The notes beneath the pieces were generated by a model. It saw only the letters and a list, made by a program, of their open reading frames with translations. It did not search any database and was not told the origin of the DNA. From the NCBI GenBank assembly GCA_963699755.1, contig CAVOVB010000001.1, forward strand, positions 192,001 through 256,000: 64,000 bases of DNA, given 5' to 3'. A program made the position numbers and the translations under genes. This document shows, piece by piece, positions 54,844-64,000 of this stretch. Positions within the stretch are counted from its first letter, which is position 1. Every line of letters begins with the position of its first letter. The DNA comes from an uncultured delta proteobacterium. GTDB lineage: Bacteria; Myxococcota_A; Polyangia; Polyangiales; Houyiibacteriaceae.

Positions 54844-57561
54844 TCAGTTGCAGTCTCCGGGGCCGTCTTCTCGGCTGCCGACGTCGGGACTGCTCCCGTT
54901 GAAATCACCGGGGGCATCGCCGTTGAGATCATAGGAGATCAGGTCGTCACCACCGTCTATCAGCGTCGACGCGCCAAGGCAGTAGAGGTCTGGGTCGCCA
55001 GCCGCCGTGCTCGTGTAGAGCGGGTCGACGCTGTACTCCCAGAACGACGGCGACGGAAGGCATCCGCAGGCGAGGCACTTGTCGCCGCCACAGGAGCCAC
55101 CGCTGTTGTCGAAGTCGTTGTTGCCGTAGGCCGGTCCTGCTGAGAGCGGCGCGGTGCACGCCGCGCTGGTGTCGAAGGTGACGACCTTGGGACCGTTGTA
55201 CCCGAACTCCGCGTTGCCGGTGACGTTGTTGTTCCGAAGACAGACATTGAAAGAGTCGTCTCCATAGAACTCGAGACCCGAGCCGCCGTTGTCAGCGATG
55301 GTGTTGTGATCGATGATTGGATCCGTCGCCTTGCGAATTTGTATGCCGTCCATGGCGTTGAGCGCAACCGTATTTCCAGCGACGACGGAACCGATCGTAT
55401 CCCGTACGATGATCGCTCCAACTTCATTGCCTTGTGCGTTCGTCCCACCGGTGATGATGTTGTCCAAGATCTGAGCGCTGTCACCGCCATCGATGTAAAT
55501 CCCGCGGCGCTCGAATCCTTCGAAGACACAATTCCGCACGGTGTTGTTGTCGGCGGTAATCACGACGATGTCCTCGGCGTTCAAGACATTGACGACGTGC
55601 ACGCCATCGATCACGTTGTTCGGTGTCTTGAGCTCGAAAACCAGGCGATTGCCGCCTGAGTTGACCGTCAGAGTCGCGCCTGCAACCTGCCGGATGGTGA
55701 GGCCACCGGTGGGGTCGTTGATAGACGGAGCACCCGTGGTCATGGTGAAGTCGTTTAGGACGATGTAATCGTCGCCAGGGTTGTCGTTGGCCGCATTGAT
55801 CGCTGCCGCGTACTCGAGCTCGCTGCTCGCCTCCAGGCACTCGGACCCGCTGTCGGCCGGATCGGTTCCACAGAAGGTCTCGAAGCAATCGACATGAGGT
55901 CCGCCGTCGGAATTCGTCGTACAATCGAGGTCGCAGGTCGGAACGGCGTCATCGCAGTCGCTGTCGACGCAGTAGCCGTCTGCGTCGACATCGGTACAAA
56001 CCGAGGCGCAAAGCGGCTTGTCATCATCGCAGTCGCCTAGGGCACAGGTGCCATCCGCATCGGCGTCCAATCCGTCGTTGTTGGGATCGAAAGCTGCTAC
56101 GGCACAGTCATCACAGCCGTCGCCATCGGTGTCCGCGCAGACCGAGCCGTTTCCATCGTTCGAGTCCGTCGTCGTATCGACGCAGCCCACGTTGCCCATG
56201 GTTCCGTCGCCCAGGCCGTCGCCATCGGCGTCCACGCAGTCATCCCCACTGTCGCAGATACCGTCCGCGTCCTCGTCTACCCCATCGTTGAGTGGATCGA
56301 AAAAGCCCGTGCTGCAGTCGTCACAACCGTCGCCATCCGTGTCCGCGCAGATGGTGGCCACGCCGACGTTCGAATCGCTCGTCGCGCTCGCACAGCCCAC
56401 GTTGCCCCCGGTGCCATCACCCAGGCCATCGCCATCCGCATCTACGCAAACGTCGCCGGCGTCACAAATTCCATCCCCATCGCCGTCAGTTCCGTCGTCG
56501 CTCGGATCGAAGGTGCCACTTGTGCAGTCATCACAGCTGTCACCATCGGTGTCCGCGCAGACCGTACCGTCCCCATCGTTCGAGTCGCTGGTCGTATCGA
56601 CGCAGCCTGCGTTGCCAAGAGTCCCGTTCCCCAAGCCGTCACCATCGCCATCGACGCAGACGTCTCCGGCGTCACAGATACCATCCTCGTCGCTGTCTAC
56701 GCCGTCGTCGAGCGGGTCGAAAGAGCCGCTGCTGCAATCATCACAGCTGTCGCCATCCGTGTCGGCGCATACCATGGGGTCGCCAAGGTTCGAGTCCGTC
56801 GTCGGGTTCAGGCAGCCTGCGTTGCTCTGGGTCCCATCACCCAGGCCATCGCCATCCGTGTCGACGCAGGCGTCCCCGGCGTCGCAAATCCCGTCGCCGT
56901 CGGCGTCCGTGCCGTCGTCCAGCGGATCAAAAGAGCCGCTGCTGCAATCGTCGCAGCCATCGCCATCGGTGTCCGCACAGACCCGCTCGTCGTCATCGTT
57001 GGAATCGGTCGTCGCGTTGACGCAGCCGACGTTCTCACGTGTGCCGTCACCCAAGCCGTCGGCATCCAGGTCTACGCAGTCCCCACTGGGACCGCTGCAC
57101 TCGCCGGTTTCAATCGAGCATTGTTGGTTCGCGAAGCAAGCCGCTCCGGAGAATGCGCCCAGCTCGACGGACTGAGGGTCGGGGCTCCCGGCCTCGATCG
57201 TCACAGAATTGCAACCCGCACCCACGACGGCGCAATTTGAATCCTGCGCAACGGCGTAGAGCCCATATTGGCCAGGTTCGGGAATGCCGATCGCCGGACC
57301 TGCACTCCCATCGCGCAGCACGAACATGGAATCCATCGCATCCTCGGGTCGATCACCCATCACGACCGAAACACAGGAACTGACCAGGTATACCTCGACG
57401 CGCACCGCTTCATCCCGCGCGGCTCGTGGCACTCCCGGCGCAAAGGTCACGTCCACACTGAGCCCTGCGGCGCCCGGCTCGCCGCCGCAGCCACCTGCGA
57501 GCAAGACGAGCATGCCGAATGCAGCGGTCAGGGAGCCTAGTCTGTGGATGACGCGGGTCAC
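54844..57561 (-). CDS. Lipoprotein with Ca-binding Cys/Asp repeats and C-terminal right-handed beta-helix
   Basis: AGGC lipobox, DxDGDG repeats, and a C-terminal Asn/Ile-rich NTIADN/NNVTGN beta-helix ending DVGSRE. Confidence 0.8.
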   Translation of the reverse strand: MTRVIHRLGSLTAAFGMLVLLAGGCGGEPGAAGLSVDVTFAPGVPRAARDEAVRVEVYLVSSCVSVVMGDRPEDAMDSMFVLRDGSAGPAIGIPEPGQYGLYAVAQDSNCAVVGAGCNSVTIEAGSPDPQSVELGAFSGAACFANQQCSIETGECSGPSGDCVDLDADGLGDGTRENVGCVNATTDSNDDDERVCADTDGDGCDDCSSGSFDPLDDGTDADGDGICDAGDACVDTDGDGLGDGTQSNAGCLNPTTDSNLGDPMVCADTDGDSCDDCSSGSFDPLDDGVDSDEDGICDAGDVCVDGDGDGLGNGTLGNAGCVDTTSDSNDGDGTVCADTDGDSCDDCTSGTFDPSDDGTDGDGDGICDAGDVCVDADGDGLGDGTGGNVGCASATSDSNVGVATICADTDGDGCDDCSTGFFDPLNDGVDEDADGICDSGDDCVDADGDGLGDGTMGNVGCVDTTTDSNDGNGSVCADTDGDGCDDCAVAAFDPNNDGLDADADGTCALGDCDDDKPLCASVCTDVDADGYCVDSDCDDAVPTCDLDCTTNSDGGPHVDCFETFCGTDPADSGSECLEASSELEYAAAINAANDNPGDDYIVLNDFTMTTGAPSINDPTGGLTIRQVAGATLTVNSGGNRLVFELKTPNNVIDGVHVVNVLNAEDIVVITADNNTVRNCVFEGFERRGIYIDGGDSAQILDNIITGGTNAQGNEVGAIIVRDTIGSVVAGNTVALNAMDGIQIRKATDPIIDHNTIADNGGSGLEFYGDDSFNVCLRNNNVTGNAEFGYNGPKVVTFDTSAACTAPLSAGPAYGNNDFDNSGGSCGGDKCLACGCLPSPSFWEYSVDPLYTSTAAGDPDLYCLGASTLIDGGDDLISYDLNGDAPGDFNGSSPDVGSREDGPGDCN
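56030..57078 (-). repeat. Five tandem ~210-bp (70-aa) six-Cys, DxDxDG-rich repeats
   Basis: CVDxDGDGLGDGT..N.GC...T.DSN......CADTDGD.CDDC...FDP..DG.D.D.DGIC repeated five times with 210-bp period (57078, 56868, ...). Confidence 0.9.
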
Positions 57562-58448
57562 CAGCTCACCGTCACGCCGCCCGCGGCGGGCTGGCTTTGG
57601 CTCGAGCCTTTCGAGAGGAGGATACCTGCGGTGACCCCACCTGCGACCGCGACCACGCTAGCGGCGACGATCCAAGGCCACTTCTTCTTCTGCTTCGCCG
57701 TGGGCTCGTCGACGGGACCCGAGTACTCAGGCATCTGAAAGACGCTTGGCGCCTTCGCTGGCACCGCTTGGGGCAGCGGTTCTGACGCGACCTCCACGGG
57801 CGACGCAGCCAAGGGTGGCGGCACCTCTCGGCTGCCCTCGATGCTAGCTCTGAACAACACCGTACCTCTCATGGTCTGAGCGCTGGCATCGCAGCCCTCG
57901 TGCGCGCCTGATTTTGGAAGTGCGAGCCTGGCGGTCGTGCCCTGGGTGGTGCGCGCAACGAGCCTGCCGTCAGGCGGGACCCGACACTGAAGGCTGACGT
58001 GGTGTACGAGGTCTTTCGGCACATGTTCGACATGGGCGATGACGAACGGTTTGCCGTTGGCGACTGTCTCTTCGACCACGAGCTCGACACCGAGCGTTCC
58101 GCCGTTCGCTTCGAGCATCTCAGTGAACGCTCTACGCACAGGAGGCGGCGCGAGTCCGCCAAGCTCATGGCTCGGACGCAAGGCGCCAACGCGCTCCAAG
58201 TCGCGCAGCATTGCGGTCTCGTTGCCCATCGCATGATGAACGAGGGCCCTCATTTCGAAGAGCAGGAGGAGTTCCTCCACTGAGAGGTCCGCGTCCCTGG
58301 CGGCGAGGTTGAAGGCGCGGAGCGCGGCCCGGAAGTCGGCATCCTCATAAGAGGCTATCCCATCGTCCAGGAGGTAGTGAGCTTTCGCCTCGGCCGAAAT
58401 CAGGGAGAGAAGACCTAAAAGTCCAATGATTGTGAGTTTGGAAGACAT
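57558..58448 (-). CDS. Hypothetical exported protein with TPR-like N-terminus and C-terminal hydrophobic segment
   Basis: Signal peptide, helical N-terminus, KKKWPWIVAASVVAVAGGV tail. Coupled to the downstream lipoprotein (GTGA-type 4-bp overlap). Confidence 0.6.
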   Translation of the reverse strand: MSSKLTIIGLLGLLSLISAEAKAHYLLDDGIASYEDADFRAALRAFNLAARDADLSVEELLLLFEMRALVHHAMGNETAMLRDLERVGALRPSHELGGLAPPPVRRAFTEMLEANGGTLGVELVVEETVANGKPFVIAHVEHVPKDLVHHVSLQCRVPPDGRLVARTTQGTTARLALPKSGAHEGCDASAQTMRGTVLFRASIEGSREVPPPLAASPVEVASEPLPQAVPAKAPSVFQMPEYSGPVDEPTAKQKKKWPWIVAASVVAVAGGVTAGILLSKGSSQSQPAAGGVTVSW

Positions 58449-58540
58449 CTGACCTAGTCCAAGTAAGCTAGCAAGAATGAAGTGCTAATCAAAACTTTCA
58501 CCCATAGCGGCTGAGCTGCGCTATAAAAGGTTGAGGAATC

Positions 58541-60238
58541 GTGAGCTTGAGTACGAACAAATCGGGGGTTCGGGACGAGCCGGAGTCGGATCTGCCGGAA
58601 GCGGTGGCGGACACGCTCCCGCCCGAGCCGGCACCGCCCGAGCGGATCGGCCGCTACGTGCTCCGCTTCGAGCTCGCCTCGGGGGGCATGGGCTCGGTCT
58701 ATCTTGCGCGGCTTGCCGGAGCCCAGGGATTCGAGAAGTTGGTCGCGCTCAAGCGAATCCACCCACACCTGGCCAAGGACAAGGCCTGCGTCGAGATGTT
58801 CCTCGACGAGGCCAAGATCGCATCCAGGATCACGCACCCGAACGTGTGCAGCGTCTTCGATTTCGGCGAGGCCGATGGAGAGTATTTCCTCGCGATGGAG
58901 TACCTCGTCGGCGAACCACTATCGCGTCTGTACACGCGAGTAGCGAAGGACCAAGACAAACGGCGCGATCCTCTCCTGCCGCTCAGAATGGCGCGCATCA
59001 TCGCGGATGCTTGCGAGGGGCTCCATGCGGCGCACCAGCTGAAGGACGCCCATGGGGATTTGCTCAACGTCGTGCATCGCGATGTCAATCCGCGAAACCT
59101 CTTCGTCACCTACGACGGAGCGGTACAAGTGGTGGACTTCGGTCTGGCTAGCGCGCGTGAACGCCTACACAAGACCGAAACCGGTGACGTGAAAGGGACC
59201 ATGGCGTACATGGCTCCGGAGCAACTGAGGACCGGCACTACTGACCGAAGGATCGATGTCTGGGGATTGGGCGCCGCCCTGTGGGAGGGCCTGGCGGTCA
59301 GACGACTATTCAAGCGCGACACCACAGCCAACACGATGTACGCGTTGCTCCATGATGAGATCTTGCCGCCCTCCGAGTATCGCCCACAGGTTCCAAAAGA
59401 GCTCGATGACATCGTTCTGAAGGCACTTGCGCGTGACCCGAATGAGCGCTGGCGATCCGCGCGAGAGATGGGTCAAGCGCTGCGTAAGTTCTTGGCAGAT
59501 CAAGAAGCCTTGATCGGTCCGCCCGAGCTTTCAGACTGGATGACCGAGCTCTTTCCCCAGGGAGAAGCGCGCAAGACTCAGCTCATGGAGCTCGCGCGGA
59601 TGGCCCACGCGCCGGTGCTTTCGATTCCGGCGACCGGCGAATTCGACGTGACGCAGACTGCGATGGGTTCCGGGCTAGTTCCGAATCTCCCAAAACGACA
59701 AAAACGGCAAGGCTTGAGGATCGCTCTGGCCGCGACTGCGCTTGTCATCGCCGCGGCGCTCGGGTTGTTTTTCGCTCGGGGCGAAGGTTCTGTGGAGAAA
59801 GCTTCGGTGCTCACGACCATGACCAACGCTGAGGCCGTTCCGGTCGACGCAGTAGAACGGGCCGCCGTCCAAGCAGCGGACGGCCAACCGGCCCCGCAGA
59901 AGATGGAACCGAGCATCGAATTGGAGGCGCAGCCCGCGGTGAGCGCCGAGCCCGAGCACGAACCGCAAGCCGAAGCGGCGAAGCCGCGCGCCAAGCAGCG
60001 CGCGCGCCCCATTCCTCGCAAGGCCCTGAAGCCCGGCACCATCAATCTCGTCACCCGTGGTGGCTGGGCAGAGGTGTTCAAAGATGGCAGGTCATTGGGC
60101 ACGACCCCAGTTCGACTCACGCTCCCTCCTGGACGCCACAGGCTCAGTTTGAAGCCATCGGGAAACGGAGCGCCAAAGCGGATCACGGTCGACGTCGAAG
60201 CTGGCAAGACCAAGCCAGTCTCGGTCAACCTGAACTAG
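58541..60238 (+). CDS. Ser/Thr protein kinase with TM segment and C-terminal PEGA-like domain
   Basis: LASGGMGSVY, ALKRI, HRDVNPRN, DFG, KGTMAYMAPE, and C-terminal AEVFKDGRSLGTTPVRLTLPPGRH. Confidence 0.92.
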   Translation: MSLSTNKSGVRDEPESDLPEAVADTLPPEPAPPERIGRYVLRFELASGGMGSVYLARLAGAQGFEKLVALKRIHPHLAKDKACVEMFLDEAKIASRITHPNVCSVFDFGEADGEYFLAMEYLVGEPLSRLYTRVAKDQDKRRDPLLPLRMARIIADACEGLHAAHQLKDAHGDLLNVVHRDVNPRNLFVTYDGAVQVVDFGLASARERLHKTETGDVKGTMAYMAPEQLRTGTTDRRIDVWGLGAALWEGLAVRRLFKRDTTANTMYALLHDEILPPSEYRPQVPKELDDIVLKALARDPNERWRSAREMGQALRKFLADQEALIGPPELSDWMTELFPQGEARKTQLMELARMAHAPVLSIPATGEFDVTQTAMGSGLVPNLPKRQKRQGLRIALAATALVIAAALGLFFARGEGSVEKASVLTTMTNAEAVPVDAVERAAVQAADGQPAPQKMEPSIELEAQPAVSAEPEHEPQAEAAKPRAKQRARPIPRKALKPGTINLVTRGGWAEVFKDGRSLGTTPVRLTLPPGRHRLSLKPSGNGAPKRITVDVEAGKTKPVSVNLN

Positions 60239-60306
60239 GCCGCCTGATCGCGCTTGACCTTCGGTTCCAGATCGCGCTCTGATGGCGCTTCAGAACGGAG
60301 GTTACG

Positions 60307-61605
60307 ATGGACCAACTCCAACGCCGCGTGCTCCCCGCGGTCTTTTCGGTTTGCGCTTGCTGGGCCGTCTCCACGAGCCATGCATATGCGGCGCCGCCCT
60401 TCACACTGGTCGCCACCGGGTTCGATTTGCAGCAATCGGCGCGGCCAGCGCTTGCCGATGACGGCACTGTCGTTGCCGCCGAGCCGGAGGGTCTAGTCCT
60501 CGGGGACGGCGTCACCGTGGGCTTCATCGATCTTGCTCCCTCGGGCTTGATGTTCAGCCCATCCAACAAGAGCGTGCGACCGGTGCAAGTTCGAAGCGCA
60601 GGGGACATCGTCTTCGCCGCAGACCGTTTTGCAGCGACAGGATGTGCACCCTACGGCGCACGCGGCGTGTATCGCACCGACACCGGAGGGAGCCCGCCCG
60701 CCACCCTCTTCGAAGAATGCATCGAGGGTCCGTCCGTCGGCGAGAAAGTTGGCCCGCATGTGAGCATGTCCCCAAACGGCACGGTAGCGTTCAGCTCTAT
60801 CGTCTCGAGCGCGGGCGCGATTCACCGCGGTCCGGTGGCTGGTCCGGTTTCCCTTCTGCGATCCGGATCGGGGACGTTCTACAACACAGGTGAGATCGGG
60901 GTGAACGATTCCGGCCAAGTCGCGGTTCAAATGGAGTACGGCGACCCGTTCGGGGGCCTGAAGCGCGGCATTCTGATCTTCGAGCTTGTGGAACAGGCGC
61001 TTACCGAAATCGACACCGCCCTCGAACGAGTCACGATTCAACCCTCGATCGCCATCAACTCGGCGGGTGAGGTTGCGTTTTCGAGCAACTTCGACTTCAG
61101 CATGGACATCGATGGCACCTTGTACTCGTATACCAAAGGGGTCTACGTCTCGGATCCGACGCTCTTCAACACCGAGAAGATGCTGACGCAGATCGCGGAT
61201 GCCGCCGGGGGCTACTGCGGCTTCGGCCGGGTCGACATCAACGATGCAGGCACGGTGGTATTCGAAGCGCAGCTAGTCGGCGGACTATCCGCTTGTACGC
61301 CGGACCCCAACGCGATCTATGACGGCATCTTCATGGGGAGCGACCCGGTCAACGATCGTATCGCAACCTTCAATGACGCCGCCCTCGAAGCCCATCGGTA
61401 CTTCGACGAGATCCGACTCGGCGAAATCAACAACAGCGATCAGGTGTCGTTCTTGACCACGTACAGCGAGCCACTCGTCGAGCCGACCTACATCTGGCGG
61501 GCCGAGCTCAGCGAGGTGCGAAACGAGCGCTTCATCGAAGGGCTCATCCGGCGTTGGCGCAATCTCATCCGCCGACTGCTCGAACGCTGGGGCTTGTTTC
61601 CGTAG
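60307..61605 (+). CDS. Secreted NxxGxxAF-type tandem repeat (beta-propeller-like) protein
   Basis: Signal peptide and repeats PNGTVAF, VNDSGQVAV, INSAGEVAF, INDAGTVVF, INNSDQVSF. Confidence 0.7.
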   Translation: MDQLQRRVLPAVFSVCACWAVSTSHAYAAPPFTLVATGFDLQQSARPALADDGTVVAAEPEGLVLGDGVTVGFIDLAPSGLMFSPSNKSVRPVQVRSAGDIVFAADRFAATGCAPYGARGVYRTDTGGSPPATLFEECIEGPSVGEKVGPHVSMSPNGTVAFSSIVSSAGAIHRGPVAGPVSLLRSGSGTFYNTGEIGVNDSGQVAVQMEYGDPFGGLKRGILIFELVEQALTEIDTALERVTIQPSIAINSAGEVAFSSNFDFSMDIDGTLYSYTKGVYVSDPTLFNTEKMLTQIADAAGGYCGFGRVDINDAGTVVFEAQLVGGLSACTPDPNAIYDGIFMGSDPVNDRIATFNDAALEAHRYFDEIRLGEINNSDQVSFLTTYSEPLVEPTYIWRAELSEVRNERFIEGLIRRWRNLIRRLLERWGLFP

Positions 61606-61682
61606 GGGCCCGCTCGACCAACGCCAATCGCCTGGACGAAAACAGCGCCGGCGCGTACTGTTTTCTCTTGGAGGTATCGCCG

Positions 61683-64000
61683 ATGGGCGTACGTGGTTTC
61701 TCGGGAATGCTTGCCATTGTCGTCGCCGTGCTTGGCTTCGCCGCGGACGCGCGGGCGGAGCTTCCCGACTACACGCTTTTCGAAGCCGACCAGGTGCGAC
61801 CGCTCGCCATGTCGCCCGACGGCACGCGCCTCTTTGCGGTCAATACGCCAAACGCGCAGCTCGAGATTTACGACCTCGAGGCTACGGGCCTGACTTTGCT
61901 CGAGACGGTGCCGGTCGGCCTGGAACCCGTCGCGGTCGCTGCTAGACGCGACGGCGAGGTCTGGGTGGTCAATCACCTTTCAGACAGTATTTCGATCGTC
62001 GACGTTGCGGTGAGCCCGCCGCGCGTCGTGCGCACCCTGCTCGTCGGTGATGAGCCGCGTGACATCGTCTTCGCCGGCCCCGGCGGCAATCGAGCGTTCA
62101 TCACCGCCGCGCACCGCGGTCAGAACAGTCCCTATCCGCAGGGTGAGTACGACGTCGAAGGCACTGGCCGCGCCGATGTTTGGGTCTTCGATGCCAACTC
62201 GCTCGGCACCTCGCTTGGGGGCGACCCTTTGACGATCCTGGGGCTCTTCGGCGATCGCCCGCGCGCTCTTGCCGCGTCGCCCGACGGTTCCACAGTCTTC
62301 GCCGCAGTCTTTCGCTCGGGCAATCAAACCATGACACTCGGAGAGCCCGTGGTCTGCGATACCGATCAGACCGATGATCCTTGTATCGTCGAGGGCGTCG
62401 TCTATCCCGGAGGTCTCCCATCGCCGAAAACCAACGCCGCTGGCACGCAGAGCCGCGAAGCAGGGCTCCTGGTGGGCTGGAACGCGGCAACGGAGCAATG
62501 GGAAGACGAGCTCGCGCGTGACTGGAGCAACGGCGTCCGCTTCACGTTGCCAGACGTCGACGTGTTCGAAATCGATGCGGACGCGTCGATGCCAGTCCAG
62601 ATCGGTTCGGCGTCAGGGGTCGGGACCATTCTCTTCAACATGATCGTCAACCCACAGACTGGCGACCTCTACGTCACGAACACCGAAGCGATCAACCGCA
62701 TTCGCTTCGAAGGCCTTGGCGACTGGGTCAGCGAGCTTGGCCCCAAGGCATCCGGCGATCCGGCATCAGTCCGCGGCCACTTGCACGAAGCGCGTGTCAC
62801 CATCATTAAGGGCTCCGTCGCTGTGATTCCTCGACACTTGAACAAGCACATCGACTACACAGCCCGGCCGCAGCCTCCGGAAACCAAAGAAAAGAGCGTC
62901 TCGACGCCTCTGGAGATGGCGATCAGCGCTGATGGCAGCACTCTGTATGTCGCCGGGTTCGGCTCGAGCGCGATCGGCGTGTACGAGACGGCGTCGCTCG
63001 AAGCCGACACGTTCACGCCCGACGCAGCAAACATGATCTCCCTGCCCCGGGGAGGCCCCAGCGGTTTGGTGCTCGACGAGGCCCGTGAGCGCCTGTACGT
63101 CATGACCCGTTTCGAAAACACCATCGTCGTAGTCGACACCGAGACCCGCGGCGTCGTGCAGACCGTCGAGATGAAGAACCCCGAGCCCTCATCGATTGTC
63201 GAAGGGCGCCCTTTTCTCTACGACGCAAAGCTCACTGGCAGCAACGGCGAAGCCTCGTGTGCGAGCTGTCACGTGTTTGGCGACATGGATGACCTCGCCT
63301 GGGACCTCGGTGACCCGGATGGCGTTCCCGCCCCCAACAACAACCCCTTGCCGCCGACCGACGAGTTCCCGTTGATCGGCTTGCTGCCGGCACTTCAGGA
63401 TTTTGATCCCCTGAAGGGTCCGATGACGACCCAGAGCCTTCGCGGGATGGCCAATTCCGGACCCCTGCACTGGCGCGGCGATCGAACTGGCCCCGAGTGT
63501 AGCCCTATCCCTTCGGACCCAGCGTGCTCAGAACGTGGGTTCAACGAATTCAACGTAGCCTTCCCGGGCCTCGTCGGGCGGGACGAAGGCGAGCTCGACG
63601 AACAAGACATGCAAGCCTTCACCGACTTCGCGCTTCAAATCACCTATCCGCCGAATCCGATCCGGCAACTCGACAACTCGCTGCGTCCCCAAGAACAGGC
63701 CGGGCACGATCTGTATTTCGGCCGCATCACCGATACCGTCGCCAATTGCAGTGGCTGCCACGTGCTGGACCGGGAGCTCGGTTTCTTCGGCACGAGCGGC
63801 GGCTCCACGTTCGAAGGCGAGGTGATGGAGTTCAAGGTCGCGCACCTTCGCAACGCCTATCAGAAGGTCGGCATGTTCGGGATGGCTCCCTCGCCGTTCT
63901 TCACCGGCGCAGAAACTGCCTTCACGGGCGATCAGATACGCGGTTCGGGCTTCCTCCATGACGGAAGTGTTCCAAGAATCACTGACTTCCTGAGCGCGAA
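61683..64000 (+). CDS. Secreted YncE/YVTN beta-propeller fused to a di-heme cytochrome c (peroxidase-like) domain; runs off the right edge
   Basis: Not in ORF track. Manual translation gives MGVRGFSGMLAIVVAVLGFAADARAELPDYTLFEADQVRPLAMSPDG, with in-frame CASCH (63258) and CSGCH (63747). RBS GGAGG. Confidence 0.85.
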   Translation, partial: MGVRGFSGMLAIVVAVLGFAADARAELPDYTLFEADQVRPLAMSPDGTRLFAVNTPNAQLEIYDLEATGLTLLETVPVGLEPVAVAARRDGEVWVVNHLSDSISIVDVAVSPPRVVRTLLVGDEPRDIVFAGPGGNRAFITAAHRGQNSPYPQGEYDVEGTGRADVWVFDANSLGTSLGGDPLTILGLFGDRPRALAASPDGSTVFAAVFRSGNQTMTLGEPVVCDTDQTDDPCIVEGVVYPGGLPSPKTNAAGTQSREAGLLVGWNAATEQWEDELARDWSNGVRFTLPDVDVFEIDADASMPVQIGSASGVGTILFNMIVNPQTGDLYVTNTEAINRIRFEGLGDWVSELGPKASGDPASVRGHLHEARVTIIKGSVAVIPRHLNKHIDYTARPQPPETKEKSVSTPLEMAISADGSTLYVAGFGSSAIGVYETASLEADTFTPDAANMISLPRGGPSGLVLDEARERLYVMTRFENTIVVVDTETRGVVQTVEMKNPEPSSIVEGRPFLYDAKLTGSNGEASCASCHVFGDMDDLAWDLGDPDGVPAPNNNPLPPTDEFPLIGLLPALQDFDPLKGPMTTQSLRGMANSGPLHWRGDRTGPECSPIPSDPACSERGFNEFNVAFPGLVGRDEGELDEQDMQAFTDFALQITYPPNPIRQLDNSLRPQEQAGHDLYFGRITDTVANCSGCHVLDRELGFFGTSGGSTFEGEVMEFKVAHLRNAYQKVGMFGMAPSPFFTGAETAFTGDQIRGSGFLHDGSVPRITDFLSA

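Noticed and set aside
56030..57078. Possible CRISPR or non-coding tandem array
   Set aside because: The period is 210 bp, in frame and degenerate at codon third positions, so it is a protein repeat. No cas genes are present.

Overview
GC-rich bacterial chromosomal segment, most likely Myxococcota (inferred from two MYXO-CTERM-tailed proteases, Hanks-type kinases, an NBD-only Hsp70 and Cys/Asp-rich lipoproteins). About 46 CDS are supported. I saw no rRNA, tRNA, CRISPR array, transposase or phage genes. Highlights: (1) A tightly coupled operon at 36062-52260 encodes an acyl-CoA dehydrogenase, a 2748-aa type I synthase (KS-AT-KS-ACPx3-KR-DH), a 1853-aa single-chain eukaryote-like acyl-CoA carboxylase and a PPTase. 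All three ACPs carry Thr (LGIDT) instead of the canonical phosphopantetheine Ser, both KS domains keep Cys-His-His, and there is no ER or TE domain. A sigma-54-like promoter lies upstream. (2) Sterol-related genes: a KshA/Neverland-type Rieske oxygenase and a KshB-type reductase, each preceded by the identical KstR-consensus box TGAAACACGTTCTA, plus a fungal ERG4-like sterol reductase. (3) A radical 2-hydroxyacyl-CoA dehydratase operon divergent from a ThDP enzyme/SDR operon. (4) An SGNH-MBOAT-SGNH acylation cassette. (5) A kinase-ECF sigma-mini anti-sigma operon. All functions are assigned from motifs read by eye. No database searches were run.
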